Positions 1-11,119 of a stretch of DNA of 64,000 nt are shown piece after piece. The stretch comes from Macrostomum lignano (lineage: Eukaryota): assembly GCA_002269645.1 (NCBI GenBank), contig NIVC01000859.1:248001-312000 (forward strand). The letters run 5' to 3'. Under the pieces are notes generated by a model. That model was not told the origin of the DNA. It made no database searches and saw nothing but the letters and a program-made list of their open reading frames with translations. A program made the translations under genes and the position numbers. Numbering within the stretch: position 1 is the first letter of the stretch; each line of letters opens with the position of its first letter.

Positions 1-540
1 TAAACGGGCAGACAGACAGGTGATAAATGTGAAGGAAAATCAACGAGAGAAGAATCCGAGGGACGTGAGAGAGGCAGAGGCCAGAGTTTGCCAATACATG
101 TTCTTGAGTCAGACAGACATTTCCTGACATTCTGCGCAGCACCCCAGCCATTTTAACTATTGACAAGTTTTTGTTGGGATATGACTTCAGATTTTGGAAA
201 ACATGCAAAAGTAGTTTCGGGGATTGGAATTCCACGGTTTCAATATACGCGGTTTTCAGTAGCTTGTGCTAAGCGGGTCTATGAACTTTGCTAGCAGGAA
301 TTTTGCTGGCCGAAAGTTGCTAGCAGGAATTTTGCTAGCGAGGATTTAGCTAGCCGAAATCTGCTAGCGAGAATCCAAACAAAACCGGCAAGCAGCAATT
401 TGGCTAGCCGAACTCAGGAAGTTGTAATTCGGTAGAGACAATTTGCTTAGTCAAGTTTCGCAAGAATTTCACTAAATCCTCTATAGCGTCGCTCCACTTT
501 TACCAATCCTCTTCAAATTGGACACAATCCAATTTTCAAC

Positions 541-2970
541 TATTTTGACACAATCGTATAGTTTCGTATCTCGAAGTTAATTCTGAACGGCACTGTGTAC
601 TTTTAAAGTTAGTCTGCTTTTCGTCAGCAAGACAGCCACCCCAACCTCCGTCTCTCTCCTTCCTGGCCACTAGACAGATGTGTGAAAGGGGTTTAAAATT
701 GACTAACTTTCAGCTGACACAAGTATGCTCCACGTATATTTCAGATTCCAGATCCCAGATCTGATTCCAGTTTTCAGGTTTCAGATCCCAGATCTCAGAT
801 TCCAGATTTCAGGTTCCAGATCTCAGATTCCAGATCTCGGATCTTAAATCTCAGATTCCAGATCCCAGATCTCAGATCTTAAATCTCAGATTCTAGATCC
901 CAGATTTCAGATCTTAAATCTCAGATTTTAGATCCCAGATCTCAGATCTTAAATCTCAGATTTTAGATCTCAGATTCCAGATCTCAGATTCCAGATTCCA
1001 GATCTCAGATCTCAGATTCCAGATCTCAGATTCCAGATTCCAGATCCCAGATCTTAAATCTCAGATTAGATCTCAGATTCCGGATTTCAGGTTCCAGATC
1101 TCAAATTCCAGTTCCCAGATCTCAGATCTTAAATCTCAGATTCCAGATCCCAGATCTCAGATTCCAGATCCCAGATCTCAGATCCTTAATTTCAGATTCC
1201 AGTTCCCAGATCTCAGATTCCAGATCCCAGATCTCAGATCTTAAATCTCAGATTCAAGATCCCAGATCTCAGATCTTAAATCTCAGATTCTAGATCCCAG
1301 ATTTCAGATCTTAAATCTCAGATTTTAGATCCCAGATCTCAGATCTTAAATCTCAGATTTTAGATATCAGATCCCATATTCCAGATCTCAGATTGCAGAT
1401 TCCAGATCCCAGATCTCAGATCTTAAATCTCAGATCTTAGATCACAGATTCCAGTTTTCAGGTTCCAGATCTCAGATTCCAGATTTCAGGTTCCAGATCT
1501 CAGATTCCAGATCCCAGATCTCAGATCTTAAATCTCAGATTCCAGATCCCTGATCTCAGATTCTAGATCCCAGATCTCAGATCGTAAATCTCAGATTCTA
1601 GATCCCAGATCTCAGGTCTTAAATCTCAGATCCCAGATTTCAGATCTCAAATTCCAGATCCAGATTCCAGATTCCAGATCACAGATTCCAGTTTTCAGGT
1701 TCCAGATCCAGATCTCAGATTCCAGATTTCAGGTTCCAGATCTCAAATTCCAGTTCCCAGATCTCAGATCTTAAATCTCAGATTCCAGATTCCAGATCTC
1801 AGATTCCAGATTCCAGATCCCAGATCGCAGATCTTAAATCTCAGATCTTAGATATCAGATTTCAGATCTCAGATTCCAGATTTCAGGTTCCAGATCTCAA
1901 ATTCCAGTTCCCAGATCTCAGATCTTAAATCTCAGATTCCAGATTCCAGATCTCAGATTCCAGATTCCAGATCCCAGATCGCAGATCTTAAATCTCAGAT
2001 CTTAGATATCAGATTTCAGATCTCAGATTCCAGATTTCAGGTTCCAGATCTCAAATTCCAGTTCCCAGATCTCAGATCTTAAATCTCAGATTCCAGATCC
2101 CAGATCTCAGATTCCAGATCCCAGATCTCAGATTCCAGTTCACAGATCTCAGATCTTAAATCTCAGATTCCAGATCCCAGATCTCAGATTCCAGATCCCA
2201 GATCTCAGATCTTAAATCTCAGATTCCAGATCCCAGATTTGATTCCAGATTCCAGATCTCAGATCTCAGATCTTAGATCTCAGATTCCAGATCACAGATT
2301 CCAGTTTTCAGGTTCCAGATCCAGATCTCAGATTCCAGATTTCAAGTTCAAGATCTCAAATTCCAGATCCCAGATCTTAAATCTCAGATTCCAGATCCCA
2401 GATCTCAGATTCCAGATCCCAGATCTTAGATCTTAAATCTCAGATTTCAGATCCCTGATCTCAGATTCTAGATCCCAGATCTCAGATCTTAAATCTCAGA
2501 TTTTAGATCTCAGATCCCAGATTCCAGATCACAGATTCCAGATCTCAGATTCCAGATTTAATTCAATTCAATTCAAGTTTGCTCCACGTATACAGCCATT
2601 GACTACAAACTTTATACCATTCTTCAATGACTCATTATTTGTCTAAATATAAAGTCTAAACTTTGTACTTTTTGACACAACTATTTGAACAACTATTTTG
2701 ACACAATCGTATAAAGTTTCGAGACTCAAAGTTAATTCTGAACGGCACTGTGTACTTTTAAAGTTAGTCTGCTTTTCGTCAGCGAGACAGCCACCTCAAC
2801 CTCCGTCTCTCTCCTTCCTGGCCACTAGACAGATGTGTGAAAGGGGTTTAAAATTGACTAACTTTCAGCTGACACAAGTTTGCTCCACGTATACAGCGAT
2901 TGACTTCAAACTTTATACAATTCTTTATTGACTCATTCTCTGTCTAAATATAAAGTCTCAACTTTGTACT
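541..2970 (+). repeat. Two copies of a ~280-bp unit: 541-738 plus 2593-2670 (interrupted by the satellite) and 2693-2970 (intact)
   Basis: Shared ttttgacacaatcgtat...gttaattctgaacggcactgtgtac...gctccacgtatacagc...aactttgtactt in both copies. Confidence 0.85.
739..2574 (+). repeat. 1.8-kb satellite of AGATCTC/AGATTCC/AGATCCC/AGATCTTAAATCTC subunits ending in an (ATTCA)n tail, flanked by an 18-bp direct repeat
   Basis: Continuous 6-7-nt subunit array with a 154-bp higher-order repeat (starts at 1724, 1878, 2032). Flanks are aagtatgctccacgtata (721-738) and aagtttgctccacgtata (2575-2592). Confidence 0.9.
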
Positions 2971-4890
2971 TCAGTTAGAACAGTAACTGTAGGCATGTGA
3001 AGTTTGTCTGCTTTTTGTTGTTTGTGCTACTGCACTCACTCATTCCACCAGACAAGGATCAGGTGATAGGGATAACTGTGAGGGAAAGTTGAAATAACTT
3101 TTTATAGCCTTCTCTGGTAACGTTAAGCCATGACAGTACAGTAAGGAATTCAACTACTGTCCTACTACGAGCTATCTGATTGCGACTTGAGAGTATTCTG
3201 TCCCCACAATGACAAACTGACTTTCCAAGCACTTGAACTGATGAGCCAGCAGATTTGTCTGTCTTGTGTGTCTGACCATACGCTCGTATATATTCTATAT
3301 GTACTAATATACATTATAAATTCTAATTCTAAATTCTAGTATATTATATATAGTCGAATAGTTTTCCCATAAAAGTTTGAACGCTGACTTGCAAGCAGCC
3401 TACTAGGAGTTATCGTACATTGAGAGAGGGCCACCGTTCTACACCCACCCCTAAACTGAGCACGCGGGCCAATGAGAATTCTCCCACGGTGAGTTAGGCA
3501 AGCCAACCCCTCCCTTTGATTAATGAGCCTCTCGCTTTTTGATTCAACGACGGCCACCACCCACGGTGTAAGTTAATTTGTGGCTTTATTCACCAGTATC
3601 AAGGAGCTTATATAAAGAGCTGGAAAGAAAATTCTATCCTTGTCTCATTTTAAGCATAGGCCTGCATAGAGTATAAATATTTGAGCGCAAGCCTAACGGC
3701 TTTACTTGGTTATTTTTAATTTGTCTTTAAATACAGGTAAGTTCAAGGAATCGAATAATTTTAAAGCGAAAACGCCACTGTTTGAATAATTCTTAGTAAA
3801 ATTCAGTTTTGCTGCAAGCGCACGATATCAAGTTTTTTCAATGGAATATATTAGATTATTCTTTCAACGAGCGTCATAAGACTTGGCGCCAAGTTTTTTG
3901 ATTGTGATTTTCGCTTGCAAAAATTGTGGATGGCATTTTGAACTATAAAATTGTTCGACTTCCTAGAGTCTTACTCTGATAATACGCTTTATAATAACCA
4001 ATATTTGCTTAGTTTTAAGCATATATAGTGAGTTTTAAGCTATGCGCATTTAGTTATAACAGACTTAGACATTTATTATAGGTAAATATTTACAGTTCAT
4101 AATAAGCTATATATATATATTTAGTAATAAGCTATATATAGTTATTTCTGTCATATCTGTTATCTATCCTAGTGTCTATCTTAGTGTCTGTCCCAATGTC
4201 TTTCTTAGTGTCTGTCTTACTCCACTTCTCTCCCGTTGTCTCTCCTCTGCTCTCTCTCCCGTCTTCTTTCCTCTGCTCTCTCTCCCGTCTTCTTTCCTCT
4301 CTTAGTACTCTCATGGCTGTTCTCATGCTTTGATCACGTCTTCTTTCTTGCCAATTTGCAGTCCTGAAAGGAATTTGTGTATTTTAATCTCCACTGCAGT
4401 CTGCAGCAGTTTAACAACAAAGGAAATACGCATTTCTTAGGAGGAAATTTAAAATTCAAAGTACTTTTAAGAGAAACCTAAAATTTCCATGGTGTGACTA
4501 ATTTAGTAGGGTTGTATTGCATTGCATCGCCTTTTCATAAATCTTTCGCTTTTACAAACCATGCTGGATTCCCTCGATTTGCAATCCACTGTTAAACTGC
4601 TGCAGAGTTTGCCAATACAGAGGACAGTGGTTAGAATCTCACTAAACTGTCATGGCTAAACGTAGCCTTTCCACGCGCGGGGGTACACAGAAGGCTATTA
4701 AAAAGTTATTCTAAAACACTGTACATTTGCTATGTACATTCAGCCCTATCGCCTGACCCTTCATCTGGGCTGGGGGAATGAGCGAGTGAGTGGCAAAAAC
4801 AACAGAAAAAGCAGACAAACTTCACATGCTTACAGTTTCTTTTTCGGTTGAGTTACAGAGTTGAAACTTCCTATTTCAACTTTAAATTAA
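2940..4890. repeat. Diverged inverted copies of a ~230-bp dispersed repeat (2940-3172 and 4620-4890)
   Basis: aactgtaggcatgtgaagtttgtctgc near 2985 matches the reverse complement of gcagacaaacttcacatgcttacagtt near 4811. aataactttttatagccttc and gccatgacagt also match. Confidence 0.75.
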
Positions 4891-5080
4891 AACTTAAATA
4901 TTGAAACTAATCAATCAGCAGCCCTAAGAGGAATTTGTGTATCTCCAGCTCCATCACAGTCTGCGGCAGTGTAACAACCAAGGAAATATGCATTTTTAGG
5001 AGGCCAATTAGATTTAAAAAATTACCTTATGCGAATCTTAATGTTAAAATCTTCATGGCGTAACTAATTTAGTAGGATTA
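4360..5080 (+). repeat. Diverged direct repeat of ~150 bp (4360-4505 and 4915-5080)
   Basis: ggaatttgtgtat...cagtctgc.gcagt.taacaac.aaggaaata.gcattt...actaatttagtagg occurs twice. Confidence 0.7.
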
Positions 5081-5235
5081 CATAGCCATCCACTTTTCTC
5101 TTTCCCACCGTTTCTAGTGCTCCCAAAGCACACAAATTTTTCCTGTACACAAGCAATATACTGAACACAGACCTTTAAATCCAGGAGGTTTACCCTGAGT
5201 ATCTGAGTGACCTGCGAGACAACTAGGAAGAGTAG

Positions 5236-6330
5236 GCTACTAAAAGTAGTATGAGGAGGACATGTGCACTATGGTTTCTAGACATACACTAGCATCATGT
5301 TTTAAGTGACGCAATTCATCATTATGGTTTCAAGATGGTGCGAAAAATGTTTTTTTCACTAAACTCTGGTTTTTTTTCCAGATGGATCAAGCGCCCCCGC
5401 CACCGCCGCCGCCGCCACCACCGCCGCCGCCACCACCACCACCGCCGCCGCCGCCACAACCAACGCCGCCGCCACCACCAGCGCCGCCGCTGCCTCGGCG
5501 CCGCATTCGGCGCCTCCGCAGCAGCGGCCTGCGGCTGTAAAAACTGTCAAAAAGTGTCATATTGCGCATTGCGCTGGGTGGGCTGGGCTATCTGATTGTG
5601 GGGAAAGTTTTCGGAATTTTTTAACATTTTTAAACAGATGTCCCTAAGGTAAGAATAATACCAATTCACAAAAAATCACTATTTCACTATTTCAGACAGA
5701 CAGGCTAGCAGGCAGACGGATGGACAGACAGACAGACAGGCCGAGAGACAGGCAGACATACAGAAGGACAGACAGACGTACAGAAGGAAGGACAGGCAGA
5801 CAGACCGATACAGACAGACATACAGAAGGACAGACAGACTGACAGGCAGGCGAACCGATACAGACACATACAGACACACAGAAGGACAGACAGACAGACA
5901 ATTCCGAGAACTTTCCCTACAATCAGATATGAACCCTCGGGGCGAAATGGTTTGCTGTGAATATGTATTGTAGTATTTAAATAAAAATGGTTCGCCCCGA
6001 GGGTTCTTACCCAGCCCCCTTTTTGGATTAAAAATCTTTGCCTTCAATTTCTTCCTTATTTATTGATCATACCATAGTATAAGCTTGGCAAGTTGTAATC
6101 AGTAAAAAAGCATTGCACACTGTTACGATTTACATTAAAAAAATATTACTTAGGACTGCTGTTCAATGCAACCAATTAAGTTCAATTCCAGCACCCCAGC
6201 AGCCTTGGTTTGGCCACTCGGCTACATTCTGATACTTGGCGGCACTGCATCCTACCATCCTACGAGTTATTGCATCCTACTACAACAGATAAGTACATTC
6301 CATCCACAATTGACTCGTTCGTCTTAAGCA
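5236..6330 (+). mobile_element. Modular non-autonomous repeat, copy 1 (conserved head, CCG tract, IR-flanked GACA microsatellite, second IR, conserved tail)
   Basis: Head tactaaaagtagtatgag...catgtgcactat...gacatacactagcat is shared with 11125 and 30335. IR arms 5590-5618/5900-5928 match 27/29 and arms 5931-5946/5991-6006 match 16/16. Tail tttggattaaaaatct...gttcaatgcaaccaatt is shared with ~12010, ~28005 and ~26030-26270 (minus). Confidence 0.7.
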
Positions 6331-6769
6331 AATACCCTCCAGAATCCACCCTGGGTCTTTACCCTCCAGAATCTTCAGCAATATGTAACGAAGACAAAAC
6401 TAACCAGTTAAAAACATTTTGCACTCTCATTCAGATTCTGCCCGATCGCTACGAGGGCTTCGAGCGCGCTCTGCCGTTGCCGGAGCTCTGGGCTGCCGGC
6501 TTTTAATCTAGCCGGACCTGGGGCCCAGGATATTCAACGCTATGGCCTGGCCGCTGCGATGCCATAGGGGCACCACAAATCTGCACCTGGATACCTGGAT
6601 ACTTTTGTCACCATAGCAAAACGAGTTGAAAGTGAGAAGCATATGAATGCTTATTTAAAACCAGTTTAATTATTGGTTTAGTAACTTTAGTTCAGTGAAA
6701 ACAGAATTAACTGACTAACATTGACAATTTTAATATCTTCGCTATAGCTACCATAAAGCTCTCTAAAGC

Positions 6770-6860
6770 TAAAAGGAGTGCCTGCGGTGCTAAAATGAGT
6801 GCCTGCGGCGCTAAAATGAGTGCCTGTGGTGCTAAAATGAGTGCCTGCGGCGCTAAAACT
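6770..6860 (-). repeat. 21-bp minisatellite (AGGCACTCATTTTAGCGCCGC family), about 4 units
   Basis: gcctgcggcgctaaaatgagt repeats; the same family recurs at ~22035, 29935, 48815, 55985 and 61340. Confidence 0.85.
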
Positions 6861-9124
6861 GATTTTGTTGCATTCGGGAATACAACAAATGGCATACTGA
6901 AAACATTAAAAAACCTTGCTGCAGTCACTTACATGTACTTACCTAACGATTGCTGTAGTAACTGTATACCACCTGACTGGGACAGAACTTCAGAACATAC
7001 CGGATTGGGGAATTAGAGATATGCGCAGTCTAGATGTATCTACAATTTGTAAAACCTTGCTACGTACTTGTACTTCAGGAATACTAACGTACTCATTCCT
7101 TGCCGCCGTTATTTAGACTAGCATGCCTTTGCAATAAACAACACAGTCTAGACGGACTGCAGAAAGTGCATAAATACTTAAATTGGTTTTCCGTTAAACT
7201 TGCTTTCGAGTTTATCGAGTTTATTCGAGTTCAAAATGGTTTTCGAGGTTGTGAAATTTCGAGTTTATGAAAATAACTGGTTTCGATGTGAAATTTCGAG
7301 CTTGTGAAAGCAACCCACGATACATTGATCTGTGAATACAATCAATACATTAAATAAAAGCAGTCAGAATCAGAGATCCTGTAATTGTTTTAGAGGCTGA
7401 TTTCCGTGAAAATACACTGGAGAATATATCATTAACAAAATATATTACCCAAAGCATTTCATTCTGAAGGATGAAGACTACCATTATTTTAATATAGCGT
7501 GCACAACATGTTACGCTACTTTATTTTATATGCTAATAGTTGCGCGTTAATAAGTTTCATCATCCTAGTCTTCATTTTTAATACACTTATGAATTTTTTT
7601 ACTGTTGTGTCCCTTCTTCACACTTTATATGCTACATTATATATATACTTGTTTCAAGACAAAGCAAAACAAAATATTTCGGCTACTGATACTAATATCA
7701 CTAGTGAGTATTTATAACCTTTGGCTTGTAAAAATCTAAAAAAGAATTATATCTAAATTAAATTCAGATTAAATCTAAATATAATCTATATTAGGCAAAA
7801 ACTTTTTAAACCCAACAGGCAACATACATGTATATAATACAACAGACTGACATGCTTTGCATCCTAAATTAAAAGAATGGTAGTATTCATTAACCGAGAT
7901 CAAATGCTATCGCTTGATTTTGTGATGCAAAAATGACGCTTTTCCTGTCTCCGCATCCGCACTGTTATTTTTGATGGATATTAGCCTCCAAAAATTATAA
8001 AATTGCACGGCGAATGCCGCGAATGTACTGCCTGAGGTCTTGAGAAAGTGTCTGAATAATTTTACTTTACTCTAGAACTGTATTAAATGCATGACAATTC
8101 ATAATAACAATTAGACTTCATTCTCATATGAACTTTAAAAATCATAAATTTACGATACATTAAATAAAAAGTAACTGAGTTCTTGTTGTCAACAGCTACG
8201 GAAAACATTAACAAAACTGAACTTACCTTTCGATTTTTTACTCTTCCATGATAAAAGCAGGGGAGTTTTTAAGTTTTATTGCAATACATAAAACATTTAA
8301 GACTTTTTTACCAGAAAAAATGTATCTAAGGTGGCACAACAGTTGAACTTTCAAATATAGATTCTTTTTTTAATAATTACGATACGTCGAAACGGTACCG
8401 GTATAATTGATCTTCAACTTCAATGACAATAAATATGACAGGAACTAAATGTGCTTCACCCGAAGTGTTACAAAAGATTACTAAGTGTTCAATATTAGCA
8501 CTGCTAGACTCAAACCGTGCCAAAACAAAAACAAACCAAAAAAACACAGACCATGAGTGATGAGTGCATGACTTCATGAGAGTTACTTAACTTTAGGCCT
8601 GCAACTGCCACATTAATGGACTGCCACATCGCTAACTTGCAGGCGGTTGAGCTTGCTGCTGATATTGGCAGCAGTGTGAGCTGTGAGCGCGTGCATGCAA
8701 GGAGCCTACCTGTGCTGTGCATCTTAGTATTAAGGCTATTGGCTAACCCGATAATATATCAATTTGGCTTATGAGTGGCTCTCCAATGCATTATCACCAG
8801 CTTAATCACTTAAATTCTACAAACCCAAAATGAGCTACTGATTTAAAGTACTATGATTACAGACGAAGTATGAATGCTAATACTAAATTTTAAAAAATCA
8901 TTTCCACCGTTTTTATTTATGTTCGAATAAATAATACTTTTTACTCTTTCAATACTACTTTTCTAATCCGCGTATTTTTATCGCTTAAACTTAATAATCC
9001 TCTAATTTTAATAGTAATAATCCTTACCATAATTTAATGTTGTTCACTTAAATTCTAATTTTTGGTCTTCTGCCTGTTCTGATTTTTTTACACCCACAAT
9101 ACTTACATCAAGAAAATATTTTGT

Positions 9125-9190
9125 CTAGCAAGATTCGAACCTCAAACCTTCCAATTTCAAGTCAGGCGCACTGGCCACTCGACCAATTTT
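9125..9190 (-). pseudogene. tRNA-like relic or SINE head
   Basis: Minus strand reads tggtcgagtgg (A-box-like)...ggttcgaatc (B-box-like), with no complete cloverleaf. Confidence 0.45.
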
Positions 9191-9535
9191 TAGCGGTGTC
9201 TATTTTTAGCACTCAGAATTCCCAGACTTCTCATTCCCGTCCGCGGCTGCACTCGACCCCAGCCTACACGGACCAATAGCAGCGTTCCTTGGCATATCTA
9301 GCGTACTATCACTGTGCGCACTGTGTGGACTCTCTAGGCTAGCCTGTGTGGGTCCACACGTGGACTCACTGGCTAGCCAGGTATTTTTTTGTGTAGTGGA
9401 TTGTCTGGCTAGCCCACGGCCGTTAGGTGGGCATAAATAGGCAGGCAGCCTCCCCCCTCACAGTTTAAACCCCATTACCCCGCACCACGTACATTGGCAA
9501 GGCCACTGAATGCGGCAGAGTAATGGAAACAACAA

Positions 9536-11085
9536 ATATTTTCGATTTCCAAGTAATTGTCAATTAGCGCTCTTTACTAAATAAAATAAAATTCCACTTT
9601 CCTCGGAATCACGATGCCATCTCCCTTGGTTCCCGTGCTATGACATTCTAAATTTATGAACATTAGAACATTATGAACATATGAACTAAATTCATATTTT
9701 TTAGCTCAAGCACTGTTACACACTGCCGCCGCGACCGCCGGCGCCGGAGCAGCAGCAGCAACAGCAGCGACACCAGCCGCAGCACCAGCCGCAGCAGCAG
9801 CAGCAGCACCAGCCGCAGCACCAGCCGGAATATGGCGCCGGTCGCAGCGCGCCAGAAGGTCGTCCAGAAAAGTTATTTGCACTTTTTGCTGTTGCAAAAT
9901 CAAAACTCCAGTATTGGATTTTCTACTGTAAAGACTCCAGTATTGGATCGGTCGTCCAATTGTTTTCTCGGCAGTCCAATATATGTTTTCGTGAACCATT
10001 CATCGAAAAATAAAAAAATCAGCACCCAGAAATTGTCAAGAATAATAAATAATCAGTTTCGCTCCAAGTGCGATGTTGAATTTTACTTTATTTTGACTCT
10101 GGCTGCCAAAATGTGTGTCTGTATCTGTGTTATACAATTACTAGTACAATATACAATACAATTACTTCTCTAGTTTAAAAAATAGAGGCGTAAAATGGAG
10201 GCTGAAAAATGTTTTCGCAAGTAAAAGCACGTCGATTGTGAGTTGAATTAAGTCAATGAGGCGTTGTCTCCTTTTGCGGCCTTTCTCTTTTGGCGCTGCG
10301 TCTCTGTTATACTCTGTTTAAAAAACAAAAAAGTGTACTCGTTTTTGTAAACGTTTATTTTGTGTGTAGTTTGTGTTTTGTGAGTACTAGTAGGTTTCGT
10401 TATTGCTACTTGTAGTAGCCGAAGCTGCTTATTAAACCAATGAATATCTTATCACAAAGGCTAAGTGGCAAATCATCTATGGCATTTCAGCTTTTCAAGC
10501 CTTTCAATTTCAAGCTTTTCAATGAAGGTGGAAGAATATATGCAGGCAGGCTCAGAAGGCATGGGTGCTGACACAATCGAGCCCGCACCTGTCGGTGCTC
10601 AGTTTGTTTGCCCAGTTGGCAAATTTGCCATCTGGGTAAACATGCAGGGCCGACCCGCACAGGTGCGGGATCGGTTGTGCCCATGTCTTCTGGGCGTCGG
10701 AGGTGCTGCAGGCGGCCGTCGGCACGCCGCGCAGACCTACCAATACTCTGGAGGGAACTCCGTAAGTACTCATCCTATGTTATTACTTCCCTTTCCTTGC
10801 CACTTGCTCTCGCTCTCTCGCTCTTGCTCTCACTCTCGCTCTCGCTCTCATGCTCTCGCTCTCTCGCTATCACTCTCGCTTTCGCTCTCACGCTCTCTCT
10901 CTCTTGCTCTCACTCTCGCTTTCGCTCTCACGCTCTCGCTCTCTTGCTCTCACTCTCGCTTTCGCTCTCAAGCTCTCGCTCTCATGCTCTCGCTCTCATG
11001 CTCTCGCTCTCTAGCTATCACTCTCGCTTTCGCTCACACTCTCTCTCATGCTCTCACGCTCTCGCTCTTACTCTCGCTTTAGATA
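9536..11085 (+). pseudogene. Permuted fragment of the 38-42 kb orphan gene: intron 2 end and exon 3 start (9705-9827) fused to the upstream region, exon 1 (10522-10761) and an expanded (TCTCGC)n intron 1
   Basis: Near identity to 39455-39700 and 37760-38880. Exon 1 reads MKVEEYMQAG...YSGGNS followed by gtaagt. Confidence 0.8.
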
Positions 11086-11119
11086 GTAGATAGATAGATA
11101 GTAGATAGTAGGATCTCTA

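Noticed and set aside
8395-8490. pogo/DDE_1-like peptide VIFCNTSGEAHLVPVIFI on the minus strand
   Set aside because: It is too short, and I found no other transposase motifs or TIRs nearby.
9125-9190. Functional tRNA gene
   Set aside because: There is no acceptor stem pairing and no Pol III terminator; it is kept only as a relic.
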